From NCBI GenBank assembly GCA_965223845.1, contig CBDCXR010000004.1:7776001-7840000 (forward strand): 64,000 nt of DNA, written 5' to 3'. This document shows, one piece after another, positions 1 to 8,719 of this stretch. The DNA comes from Planctomycetota bacterium. GTDB lineage: Bacteria; Planctomycetota; UBA8108; SXIK01. Within the stretch, counting starts at the first letter, position 1. The number at the start of each line of letters is the position of its first letter. A model generated the notes under the pieces. The model saw only the letters and a program-made list of their open reading frames with translations, was not told the origin of the DNA and did no database searches. The position numbers were made by a program, and so were the translations under genes.

Positions 1-265
1 CCTTGAGGGCGCGCGCGCCGACCTCGCCGACGAGTCCCGCGGCGATCTCGAGGTCTCTCCGATCCGCGCGCTCACGACCGGCGTCGTCTTTTCGCTCCGC
101 GGTCCGGCGCGAACCTGCCGATTTCGCGACTCGGTCGGCGGGTGGATTCACGTCACCGCGTTCACGACGCCGGAGGACGCGATCTCCGGCGAGGAGGGAT
201 CGAGTCGCGATGACGAAGAGCTCGAGCGGACGCGACCGCTCAGTGAGGAGCTGATTTCCGTTCAT
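1..265 (-). CDS. partial hypothetical protein (5' end; runs off the window edge)
   Basis: ATG at 265 on the minus strand opens a frame with no stop to the window edge (MNGNQLLTERSRPLELF...DLEIAAGLVGEVGARALK); no family recognised. Confidence 0.3.
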   Translation of the reverse strand, partial: MNGNQLLTERSRPLELFVIATRSLLAGDRVLRRRERGDVNPPADRVAKSAGSRRTAERKDDAGRERADRRDLEIAAGLVGEVGARALK

Positions 266-490
266 CCGTACTGGGGTACCTACCGGCCGATCCTGAAACC
301 AATTGGAGCGAGCTTGCAGGAGGCGGAGTTCGAGTCGACTCTCGGGGCGCACCGCCGCCGAACGGCGTTTTGCTACACGTCGGCGGTCGAGCTCGCTGCG
401 CACTACATCGATCGCGCCCTCGGCTCGACCGGCTGAACCGCGATTCCGGGATCAGATCCTCGGCTGGCGCGGGACACGGAATCGCCGGGC

Positions 491-3349
491 TCAGCACGCA
501 GGATACGCCTCGCAGCCGAGATCCGCCGCCGATCCTTCCGGGTCCGGGTCGGCGCCGCAGGGGAGATGCGGCGGACCGGGATGCGCGGGTGCGTCGCCGT
601 CCGCGAAGAGATACTGGAGCAGCCCCACTGGGTCATCGAGAGCGATCCTCCCGTCGTTGTTGTGATCGGCTGTTTCGCGGCAAGCCGGTACGTCGCCGTC
701 GGCGAACAGCCACAGCAAGACTCGAATCGCGTCCGTGATGGCCAGTCGACCGTCCGCGTCCGCGTCTCCGCGGTGGAAAGAGCCCGGTTCGCACGAATCG
801 AGGATTCCGTTTCGATTGATGTCGACCTCGCGGGCCGGCTCCGTCCGGTTCATGAACTGGTAAAGCGTCGAGCCGAATCCGAGGAAGGCGATGTCGGCCG
901 CGTCGCACAAGAGGCAAATCGGCTGTGCCCCGACGACGAGATCGAGGCGACCGTCGGCGTCGATGTCCCCCGCGGCGATTCCCGCCGGCTCATCCTCCGA
1001 GCCGAACGTGGTCGCGCGTCGCGGAACGAAACGACCTCCGCCATCGTTCGCGTACGCGCGGAGGACCGCGGTGGACGAATCCCACTTGAATTCCGCCGCG
1101 AGAATATCGTCGTCACCGTCGGCGTCGTAGTCGACCGCGAGAAGCGGACCGTAGCTGATCGGAGGCGTACTCCCGAGCACCGCTAATCGCCCGTCCGCGA
1201 TTCCGATGATCGTCGCCGCGGCAGACGCCCGACGCGCGAGGATCTCCGATCCGATTCCGCGGTGGAAATTGCCGACGACCAGCTCGTCGCTCGACGCATC
1301 GAGGTCGATCCGGCCCAGGCCGGCGGAGAAACTTCCCGCTCCATCGCCCGCGAACCAGCGAACAACGCGCCGGTTCGGCGCGAGCACCATGTCGAGTGCG
1401 CCGTCACCGTTCACGTCGGCGAGCACGAGCTCCGAGAAGGGCTCGCGGTGGGAGAACTCCGTCGTCACAAGCTTCTCGCCGTCGCTCAAGTCGACCCGGA
1501 CCGTCGTCGGATCCGCGACGCGCAGAAAGTCGAGATCGCCGTCACCGTCTAGGTCACCGCTCGCGATGAATCGCCCCTCTTCCTCGCCTGTCATCGTGAG
1601 AACGGTTTCGAAGAGTCCGCCTTCATTGAGGACGACCTCGACCACGGAGGGCCCGCGCAGCGAGCGAACGATTACGTCGAGGTCTCGATCGCCGTCGAAG
1701 TCTTCGAGTGTCGCGAGACTGCTCGAAGCCGACACCGTGAGCGAGAACTCGTCCGCGAACTCGAGGCCTTCGCCGTCGCTTCGCCACGTGTGTACACGAC
1801 GCTCCGTTTCCGTGATCACAGCTACGAAATCGTCCCGTCCGTCTCCGTCGAGATCGTCGAAGGCAGCGACCTCCGCGAAGACGAGCTCCCCGCCGACGGC
1901 GAAGCGCGTGGGTGGGCCGAGAGTGGGCGCCACCGCCTGATCGCACGGATCGGGAACTCCGTTCTCGTTGCAGTCATCGAGCGTGCCGTCAGCGATCTCG
2001 CACGCGTCGGGGATGCCACTTGCGTCGCAGTCGACGTCGCACTCGTCCGGTACGCCGTTGCCGTCGCAGTCGAGACTCGTCTCCGCGGCGAGATCGCACT
2101 CGTCGGGGACGCCGTTTTGATTGCAGTCGTTGTCCGCGAGCTCGCATTCGTCCGGGATCCCCGTTCGGTTGCAGTCGGGGCTGAGCGCCTGTCGCCCCCG
2201 GGTGAGCTCGAGGATTTCACCGCCGCCCCGAAACGCGAGCCAGCGCGTTCGTTCACCGGCCGCGACCGGAATCTTCGCGACGCTATCCGCTCCGTCGATC
2301 GGTCGGTGCTCGACCGGAGTCGCGAACGTGCCGTCGCCTCGATTCCAAAACGAAACGAGCGGCCGCCGGCGTCCGCCTGGAACGAGGACGTCGACATCGC
2401 CGTCCTCGTCGGCGTCCCCAGCGACGATGCGTGTGACTCCCGTGGCCGCTGGACTGACAACGCGTTCGAGAAACGTTCCGTCGCCTGAGTTGCGGAGTAC
2501 CGCCACCTGGCTGCCAGTCGACACGGCGAGATCTGGATGACCGTCCCCGTCGAAATCGCTCGCGACGATCTGCGTTGCGGGCCCGGAGAAGTAGTTCACC
2601 GGCTCCGCGAATCGAGTCTCGCCTTCGTTCAGAAGGACGCTCACCGACTGGAACGCGTTTCCCGTCGCGATGTCGAGTTCCTCGTCAGCATTGAGGTCGA
2701 CGACCACGAGGTCGACCGGGCGCGCCCCGATCACGATCGACTCGGACGAAAACTCACCCCCACCTTCGTTGTAGTAGAACACGAGCCGCGAGTCGTCGCT
2801 GGCGACGGCGAAGTCGACCGCTTCGTCGCCGTTAAACTCTCCCGCTGCGATCGCGAGGACGACGGTCTCCGCGAGCACGGTCTCGACCCACTCGCGACGG
2901 CGGACAGAACGAAAGAGAGAGATCCCCTCGCCCGCGGCCACGAGATCGACACGATCGTCGCCGTCGAAATCCGCTACCGCAACGTCACGCGGAGCCGTCT
3001 GAGCGGGGACCCAGCCGATCTCGTACTCGCGCTCGGACGCCCAGGCGAACTGAAGGAGCGCATCGCCGCAGGTCGAGGCGATATCTGGGCGCCCGTCCGC
3101 GTCGAGATCCGCGACGACCAGGCGTCCGAGACACGAGAGCTCGCCGACGACGCGTCCGGAGAATTCGAGGTTCGCCTCGCGGATGTCGCAGTCGTCCGGA
3201 ACGGAATTCTCGTTGCAGTCGAGGCTCACGCCACTCGCGATGTCGCGAACGTCGTCGACGCCATTGTCGTTGCAGTCGAACGCCGACGCGTTTCGCGCGA
3301 GGATTCCGGCGAGGACGACCGCGACGATCGGCCGGAAAAGCGCGTGCAT
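491..3349 (-). CDS. secreted FG-GAP/VCBS repeat protein with Cys-rich DCNxNGxPDEC repeats and C-terminal dockerin-like domain (~952 aa)
   Basis: Start set at MHALFRPIVAVVLAGILARNASA (signal peptide, GGAGG RBS upstream). Many DxDGDGxxD FG-GAP motifs and DCNQNGVPDECD repeats. C-terminal FHRGDADADGRLAITDAIRVLLWLF...ADHNNDGRIALDDPVGLLQYLF. Confidence 0.85.
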   Translation of the reverse strand: MHALFRPIVAVVLAGILARNASAFDCNDNGVDDVRDIASGVSLDCNENSVPDDCDIREANLEFSGRVVGELSCLGRLVVADLDADGRPDIASTCGDALLQFAWASEREYEIGWVPAQTAPRDVAVADFDGDDRVDLVAAGEGISLFRSVRRREWVETVLAETVVLAIAAGEFNGDEAVDFAVASDDSRLVFYYNEGGGEFSSESIVIGARPVDLVVVDLNADEELDIATGNAFQSVSVLLNEGETRFAEPVNYFSGPATQIVASDFDGDGHPDLAVSTGSQVAVLRNSGDGTFLERVVSPAATGVTRIVAGDADEDGDVDVLVPGGRRRPLVSFWNRGDGTFATPVEHRPIDGADSVAKIPVAAGERTRWLAFRGGGEILELTRGRQALSPDCNRTGIPDECELADNDCNQNGVPDECDLAAETSLDCDGNGVPDECDVDCDASGIPDACEIADGTLDDCNENGVPDPCDQAVAPTLGPPTRFAVGGELVFAEVAAFDDLDGDGRDDFVAVITETERRVHTWRSDGEGLEFADEFSLTVSASSSLATLEDFDGDRDLDVIVRSLRGPSVVEVVLNEGGLFETVLTMTGEEEGRFIASGDLDGDGDLDFLRVADPTTVRVDLSDGEKLVTTEFSHREPFSELVLADVNGDGALDMVLAPNRRVVRWFAGDGAGSFSAGLGRIDLDASSDELVVGNFHRGIGSEILARRASAAATIIGIADGRLAVLGSTPPISYGPLLAVDYDADGDDDILAAEFKWDSSTAVLRAYANDGGGRFVPRRATTFGSEDEPAGIAAGDIDADGRLDLVVGAQPICLLCDAADIAFLGFGSTLYQFMNRTEPAREVDINRNGILDSCEPGSFHRGDADADGRLAITDAIRVLLWLFADGDVPACRETADHNNDGRIALDDPVGLLQYLFADGDAPAHPGPPHLPCGADPDPEGSAADLGCEAYPAC

Positions 3350-3507
3350 GGAATCCCTCCCTGACGCTAGTTCCCCTCTATCGTAAAAGGGGCATCGAGA
3401 ACGACAAAGAACCGGCGAATCCGGCGTCTTCAGTCTGCCGGCGCGTCTGCTCGGTCGAACCGGCGAATCGAGAACGAAAATGGGAGCGCGGTCGTCTTCC
3501 TTCGTCG

Positions 3508-3536
3508 TTGACACCCGCCGGTGGGCACCCTACGAT
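3508..3536 (+). promoter_or_regulatory. sigma70-type promoter facing the CIS operon
   Basis: TTGACA (3508-3513), 17-nt spacer, TACGAT (3531-3536). Confidence 0.6.
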
Positions 3537-3637
3537 CCCTCTGCCTTTTTCGAGCATTCCTTCGGTTACGTGCGGTTCCCGTCGCCCACGAACCGGGTGA
3601 CTGCGTCGAGCTGGGCCGCGGCGCGACCGGCGCTGCG

Positions 3638-3668
3638 CGGGTAGAACAGCGGGGCGAGCCGGGTAGAA
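3638..3668 (+). repeat. 9-bp direct repeat CGGGTAGAA x2, 22-bp period, in the CIS leader
   Basis: cgggtagaa at 3638-3646 and 3660-3668. Confidence 0.45.
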
Positions 3669-3944
3669 ACGACGGCGGGGATGCGTCGCGTGCGAGGAAG
3701 GGTCTGACCTCCGCGCGATGCGCAGCCGAATCGCGGGCGCGAGGGCGCACGGGCGTGCGAAGACCGGTGCCGCGGAGCGAGGTTCTGCCTCGTCGACGCG
3801 GCGATGTCGTGACGGTCTCGGCCTCGACTTGGCGTTCAACCGCGACTCACGGTCGGCGCGGACGAGGCGAATCGTCTTTCCGCGAACCCGTCTCGCTCGG
3901 CGACCGCCGAGTCGAGCTCCGTCGTGAAGAGAGGAGAAGCAAAG

Positions 3945-4541
3945 GTGGCCACCCGCGTCCTCTACGAAGTGAGCCGCAGCCTTTGTACGGTGATCGAGAA
4001 CGGCCTGCGGGAGCGCGTCGGGCGGCCCGTTCCGGTTCTGTTTTCTCACCCGCTCGACCCCGCCGAAGACGAGTCTCTGCAAGGCCTCTTCGGAGTTCTC
4101 TACCTGACGAGCGTCGTTCCCGACCCGCACTTTCGTCAGGCGGGATTCGACGCCGCGGCGCCGCGCCCCGCCGGATTCGACGAGCAACTCCGCCGCGCGC
4201 CGCTCTGGGTGCGTGCGCGGTTCGTCTTTCTCCTCGCCGGAGGGGACATCGAAGAGCAGCTCGTCGCGCTCGGCGGCGCGCTGCAGACGCTCTACGATCA
4301 TCCGACCGGACGCCTTTCCGCCGCCGACCTCGAACCCGACTCGGCCCTCCGTCGCTCGGAGGCGGAGAGCGAGGAGTACATCCTCCGGCTTCTCGACCGC
4401 GGCGATGGCTGGTCGGAGCTCGGCCTGCCGGAACACCGCTTGTCGATCAGCTTCGAGGTGACGTGCGCGATCCGCTCGACGCACGTCGAGCTCGTCGCGC
4501 GCACCGAAGAGCGCTCCGTCGACTTCGAGGTCGAGCCGTGA
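3945..4541 (+). CDS. DUF4255 / Pvc16-Afp16-like CIS cap (tail terminator) protein
   Basis: GTG with GAGGAG RBS; pattern LYLTSV..DPHFR...PLWVRARFVFLL...EEQL..LGGALQTLYDHP...RLSISFEV; first gene of the tail cluster. Confidence 0.7.
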   Translation: MATRVLYEVSRSLCTVIENGLRERVGRPVPVLFSHPLDPAEDESLQGLFGVLYLTSVVPDPHFRQAGFDAAAPRPAGFDEQLRRAPLWVRARFVFLLAGGDIEEQLVALGGALQTLYDHPTGRLSAADLEPDSALRRSEAESEEYILRLLDRGDGWSELGLPEHRLSISFEVTCAIRSTHVELVARTEERSVDFEVEP

Positions 4542-6004
4542 TCGCGCTCCGCACGGTATCGCGCCCCGACGACTCCGCCCCGCTCGCCGGTCCGCCGCTC
4601 TCGATCGAGCGTCTTCGTCACAACGCGATGCGAGCGCCGGATGTGATGTGGCGCGGAGTCGGTCTCACGGCCTTCGTCGGCTCGTTCTCGGCCGATGGGA
4701 ATCGACTCGCGGGAGCGAATCGGGCGGAGCCCGTTCTTCTCACCGCTCCCGAAGCGATCGAGCGCGAGTCGTCGAGCGAGAGCGGTTCGCGCGGCTTCGC
4801 GAGCGAAGCACTCGCCGCGTACCTCTCGAGTGGGAGGACGGCGGTCGCGCTCGATGAGAATCGCGAAGCGTTCTCGCGTACGAATGCCGACTACGACGCC
4901 CCGCGCGCATCCGATTGGATCGGCGACGATGCCGGTCCGGGCCGCCGCACGGGCGTGTTTCAGCTCGTCGACCTTCAAGACGTGTCGACGATCGCGCTCG
5001 TCGGGTCCTCGTCGCCCGCGCGTCGCGAGCGCCTCCTTCGGCTCGCGGCCGAGCGGCGCGATAAGTACTTTGTCTTCATCGAGCCGCCGGAGGCCTCGGA
5101 CGGTCGCGCGCCCGAGCTCATCATCGATCGCGCGAACACCGCGACTCTTCGCGTTGCCGGTGGCGCCGGCGAGATCGCGGGGCAATTCCTCGCGCGCGTC
5201 GAGTCGACCGACCTCGATTCCGCCGCAGTCAGCGGCGATGGCGCCGTGCGCCGGTACGCGGAGGAGTCCTTTCTCGTTCGGGGGATCCCTTGGGCGTCCG
5301 TGACGGCGATCCGAGCCTGGCGGAGGATCGAAGGGCTGCGCCGCTCGATCGAGCTCGGCACGCGCTGGGTGGTTCTCGAGCCGCACCACCCGCTCGTCTG
5401 GCGCCGCGTCGAGCGCCAGGTGCGTGCGTTTCTCTTTCGCATGGCGGAGTGCGGCGTCGTCCGGGAGCCGCGGCGCCGCGGCGGATTCGCCGTCGCCTGC
5501 CGTCCCCGCATCGAGGGTTCCGTCGCGGCCGTCGATGTTTCGGTCCGAGTCGAGCTACCGCCGCCCTTCGACATCGATCTCGACGGGATCGCTCCCGTTC
5601 CGACTCGCGCGCCGAAGGCCGCGCCGGACGAGAGTGCGATCGAATCGAATCACCGCGTGGCGTCTCCCGCGGCGGCTCCTCGCGAGGAGAGTGAATCGTC
5701 GAGTGCGAGTGCAGATCTGCCGACCGATCCGAGTCGACGAGATCGTGGAGACGATCCCGGCGGGATCGATCGGCCGGAATTCGAACGCCACGGAGACGAC
5801 CGAACGGATCGCAACTCGCCGAAGGACCAGACCGGCTCGCCGAAGGACCAGACCGGCTCGCCGAAGGACCAGAACGGGGAAGACGGGCCCGCGGAGTCCG
5901 ACACGCCGGATTCCACGCGCCGCGAACCGCGAGATCGTCCGCGCCGGAGTCGATCCCGCAACTCTCAAAAACGAGACCAGAAGACCGGAAAGGAGAAGAG
6001 ATGA
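4538..6004 (+). CDS. divergent contractile tail sheath protein with disordered C-terminal tail (~488 aa)
   Basis: GTGA coupling to the upstream gene. Sheath-like motifs RTGVFQLVDLQDVSTI, YFVFIEPP and RRSIELGTRWVVLEPHHPLVWRRVERQVRAFLFRM...GFAVAC (sheath C-terminal domain). Lies directly before the tube gene. Confidence 0.75.
   Translation: MIALRTVSRPDDSAPLAGPPLSIERLRHNAMRAPDVMWRGVGLTAFVGSFSADGNRLAGANRAEPVLLTAPEAIERESSSESGSRGFASEALAAYLSSGRTAVALDENREAFSRTNADYDAPRASDWIGDDAGPGRRTGVFQLVDLQDVSTIALVGSSSPARRERLLRLAAERRDKYFVFIEPPEASDGRAPELIIDRANTATLRVAGGAGEIAGQFLARVESTDLDSAAVSGDGAVRRYAEESFLVRGIPWASVTAIRAWRRIEGLRRSIELGTRWVVLEPHHPLVWRRVERQVRAFLFRMAECGVVREPRRRGGFAVACRPRIEGSVAAVDVSVRVELPPPFDIDLDGIAPVPTRAPKAAPDESAIESNHRVASPAAAPREESESSSASADLPTDPSRRDRGDDPGGIDRPEFERHGDDRTDRNSPKDQTGSPKDQTGSPKDQNGEDGPAESDTPDSTRREPRDRPRRSRSRNSQKRDQKTGKEKR
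5815..5877 (+). repeat. 21-bp tandem repeat x3 (ctcgccgaaggaccagaccgg) encoding SPKDQ(T/N)G
   Basis: Two exact copies and a third with one mismatch, in frame in the sheath C-terminal tail. Confidence 0.9.
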
Positions 6005-6498
6005 ACCGGAGCGTGCCCTTTGTCGGAAACTTCAACTTCCTCGTCGAGATCGAGGACATCGAAGGCGACGCGACCTCGGTCGTCGGCGGCTTTTCCGAAG
6101 TGAGCGGACTCGTATCCGAATCGGAGATCGTCGAGTTTCAAGTCGGGAATCGGCCGACGACCTACAAGATCCCCGGACGCACCCGCTTCGGAAACGTCGT
6201 TCTCCGAAAGGGCTGCACCGTTTCGACGGATCTCTACGACTGGCGTCGACGAGTCGAGCGCGGCGAGGACGACCGTCGCTCCGGCTCGGTCATCCTCCTC
6301 GACGGCGAGCTCCGCGAGCGCGCGCGCTGGAATTTTTACGACGCGTGGCCCTGCCGCTACGAAGCTCCCGAGCTCAGTGCGACGGATACGGCGATCAGCG
6401 TCGAGACGCTCGAGCTCTGCGTCGAGCGAATCGAACGCGTCGAGCTCCCACGAGAGGAAGTCGATGCGCCGACGGAGGCCGGAGCGGCGCAGAGCTGA
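6001..6498 (+). CDS. T4 gp19-like tail tube protein (Afp1/5-like)
   Basis: FNFLVEI..GGFSEVSGL..E..EFQVG...KIPGRTRFGNVVLRKG...LYDW...RRSGSVILLD...RWNFYDAWP...ETLEL. Confidence 0.93.
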   Translation: MNRSVPFVGNFNFLVEIEDIEGDATSVVGGFSEVSGLVSESEIVEFQVGNRPTTYKIPGRTRFGNVVLRKGCTVSTDLYDWRRRVERGEDDRRSGSVILLDGELRERARWNFYDAWPCRYEAPELSATDTAISVETLELCVERIERVELPREEVDAPTEAGAAQS

Positions 6499-6559
6499 GC
6501 GCGCCGACTCGACGCACGGCAGACGACTCGCCGCTTCCGCGGGAAGGATACAGCGAACC

Positions 6560-6946
6560 ATGGCGCGAACGACCGAGCTCGAACCAGGAACCGGAGCCGC
6601 CGGAGACTATTCCGTCGCATTCGAGCTGAGCGATGGCCTGCGCGACGCGCGCGGTCACCATCGCGCGGGGCGGATGCGACCGGCGCGTGTCGGCGACGAG
6701 CTCCGCGGCCTCCGCGACTTTCGCGTGTATCTCCGTCCCGACGCGTTTCTGCGAGTCATGCTCGCCCGTACGGTCTCCCCGTTCGGCGAGCACGCGCGGC
6801 TCGATGCGGGGATGATCGATCGGCTGAGCGAGCGCGATCGCCGGCAGCTCGAGGCGCTCTACGCCGAGCTGAACGGCTACGACGATCGCGGGGGCGATGG
6901 TGGAGTCACCGACGACGGGTCGCGTGGGGACGGTACCGTGCCATGA
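6560..6946 (+). CDS. CIS tail assembly chaperone-like protein
   Basis: FELSDGLRD..GHHRAGRMRPARVGDEL..LRDFRV...MLARTV...IDRL...DRRQLEALYAELN resembles the conserved small protein that follows the tube in actinobacterial-type eCIS. Confidence 0.65.
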   Translation: MARTTELEPGTGAAGDYSVAFELSDGLRDARGHHRAGRMRPARVGDELRGLRDFRVYLRPDAFLRVMLARTVSPFGEHARLDAGMIDRLSERDRRQLEALYAELNGYDDRGGDGGVTDDGSRGDGTVP

Positions 6947-7353
6947 GAGACCAGCTTCTCCGGAGCGATCGGTTCCATCTCGAGATCGACGGCTACGCGA
7001 CGGCGAGCTTCCTTCGCTGTTCGGGGCTCGGCGCCGAGCGTGAGGTCTTCGTCTACCGAGAGGGCGGCGCGGACATCGCGAGCATTCTCCCGGGATCCGT
7101 ACGGCCTTCGACTCTCGCGTTCGAAGTCGGCCTGACTCGCGGCGGCGAGCTCTTCTCGTGGTTCGAGCGAGGGGATCGCCGCGACGGCGCCGTCGTGCTC
7201 GAGTCGAGCGCGGGGGAGGAGCAGATGCGATGGGAGTTCGAGCGCGGCGTGCCGATTCGATGGCTCGGACCGCAGCTGGACGCGGGTTCGGCGGCGGTCG
7301 CGATCGAACGGATCGAGCTCGCACACGAGGGCCTCCGATGTCGAGTCGGCTGA
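6943..7353 (+). CDS. second gp19-like tail tube protein
   Basis: RFHLEIDG..ASFLRCSGL..E.EVFVYREGG...LPG...LFSWF...RRDGAVVL...MRWEF..GVPIRWLGPQLDA..AVAIERIELAHEGL. Confidence 0.9.
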   Translation: MRDQLLRSDRFHLEIDGYATASFLRCSGLGAEREVFVYREGGADIASILPGSVRPSTLAFEVGLTRGGELFSWFERGDRRDGAVVLESSAGEEQMRWEFERGVPIRWLGPQLDAGSAAVAIERIELAHEGLRCRVG

Positions 7354-8219
7354 TCGTCCGAGCGCGCGAGCGGTACTCGCCCGGAGAGCTCTTCGTGCTC
7401 CGCGTCCCACGGATCGCGGCCGAGGGATTCGTTCGTTCGGTCGCGGATCGATGGGAGCGGGAGGCCGATGTCATGGCGCGTCACCTCGAGGAGGAGCGGC
7501 CGCAGCTCGACTGGTCGCCGCGCGTCGCTCGGGATACGTCGCTCGTCGTCGACGGCCGCGCGAAGACGCGACGCAAGTTCGAGCGCAGCGTGCGCGGCGC
7601 GCGAACGTCGACGACGAGTCCTCGTGGCTGGCGTTCGGGACAAAGCATCCTCGACGAGCCCGATTCCGGACGAGAGCTGAGCGCGCGCGACACCGCGGAG
7701 TCCGAGCGAGGTTTCGAGCTCGCGTCGCCCTCGGCCGCACCCGAGGAACCGGAAGCGGACGGACGGCGTGGATCCCCGCTGGCTTCCGATCTCGCGCCCG
7801 GTCTCGAGCGGATCGGCATTCCGCTGCGCCGTTCGATGGACACGGAGGCGCGCGGCGGGCGGAGATCGAACGACGAGCCCAACCGTCGCGCCGCGGAGAC
7901 GCCGGGAGCGGGCGAACCGGCGGAGCCGGGAGATGCCTCGCGCTCCGCGATGACCGGGCCGACGCGACCCGACCGAGCCGAAGCCGCGCCGAGGCGCGGG
8001 CTGCCCGCGCGCGACGGAGCCGCCGTCCCTCGAGGAGCGGCGATTCCGTCTCCGTTCGCGGACCAGACCTCGGCACGCGATCTCGAGTCGTCTGAAGCGA
8101 CGGGACGATGCTTTCGCCGAGACGATCTCAAGCGACGCGTCGCCGAGGCGACCGACGCGCTCGACGAGCGACTCCGATTCGAGCGCGCGCTCCGAGAGTG
8201 GAAGGAAACCGAGTTTTGA
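7338..8219 (+). CDS. low-complexity CIS-associated protein (possible tape-measure/linker)
   Basis: Overlaps both neighbours; disordered P/A/R/E-rich centre; helical C-terminus DDLKRRVAEATDALDERLRFERALRE. Confidence 0.55.
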   Translation: MSSRLIVRARERYSPGELFVLRVPRIAAEGFVRSVADRWEREADVMARHLEEERPQLDWSPRVARDTSLVVDGRAKTRRKFERSVRGARTSTTSPRGWRSGQSILDEPDSGRELSARDTAESERGFELASPSAAPEEPEADGRRGSPLASDLAPGLERIGIPLRRSMDTEARGGRRSNDEPNRRAAETPGAGEPAEPGDASRSAMTGPTRPDRAEAAPRRGLPARDGAAVPRGAAIPSPFADQTSARDLESSEATGRCFRRDDLKRRVAEATDALDERLRFERALREWKETEF

Positions 8220-8695
8220 TGTTGCCGGGTGAGATGCCGATGGCGCCAAGCGACCCGCAATCGCGTGACCTCGTGCGCGCGACGATCACGCACCTCGATT
8301 CCCTCGAGAGCCTCGCTGTCGACTGGAACCCGGCGAGCTACCGACTCGAGACCGAAAACCGCTTCGCGTTCGCCGCACCGCTCGGTGCGCGGGCGGCGCC
8401 GCAGTACGCGGCGGGCGGGTCGACGCGCTTTTCGACGAGACTCCTCCTCGACGGAACCGGGCGTTCGGGCTCCGATCCTCTCGCCTCGGCGCGGCGTTTG
8501 TCCGCGTGGGCGAAGCCGGACGCGAGCGGGCTACCGGCGCGGCTCCTTTTCGCGTGGGGGAAGTTCCGGTTCCGCGGCTCGATCGAGTCGCTCAACGAAG
8601 AGTGGGTGCTCTTCGATCGCGAAGGTCAGCCGCGCCGTGGCTGGCTCGACCTCGTCCTCGTCGGTGCGACGTCCTCCGCGCCCTCGCACCCTTGA
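8219..8695 (+). CDS. CIS tube initiator (Afp7/Pvc7-like), no LysM domain seen
   Basis: WNPASY...QYAAGG...LLLDGT...PARLLFAWGKFRFRGSIESLNEEWVLFDREGQPRR. Confidence 0.8.
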   Translation: MLPGEMPMAPSDPQSRDLVRATITHLDSLESLAVDWNPASYRLETENRFAFAAPLGARAAPQYAAGGSTRFSTRLLLDGTGRSGSDPLASARRLSAWAKPDASGLPARLLFAWGKFRFRGSIESLNEEWVLFDREGQPRRGWLDLVLVGATSSAPSHP

Positions 8696-8719
8696 TCGGA
8701 ATCGACGGCCGAGAAGACG

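Noticed and set aside
3521-4537. N-terminal 339 aa of the 827-aa ORF 3521..6004
   Set aside because: Arg-rich shadow translation overlapping the DUF4255 gene; the real start is more likely the coupled GTG at 4538.
5815-5877. Tandem repeat as a CRISPR array
   Set aside because: No spacers, in-frame coding repeat, and no cas genes in the window.
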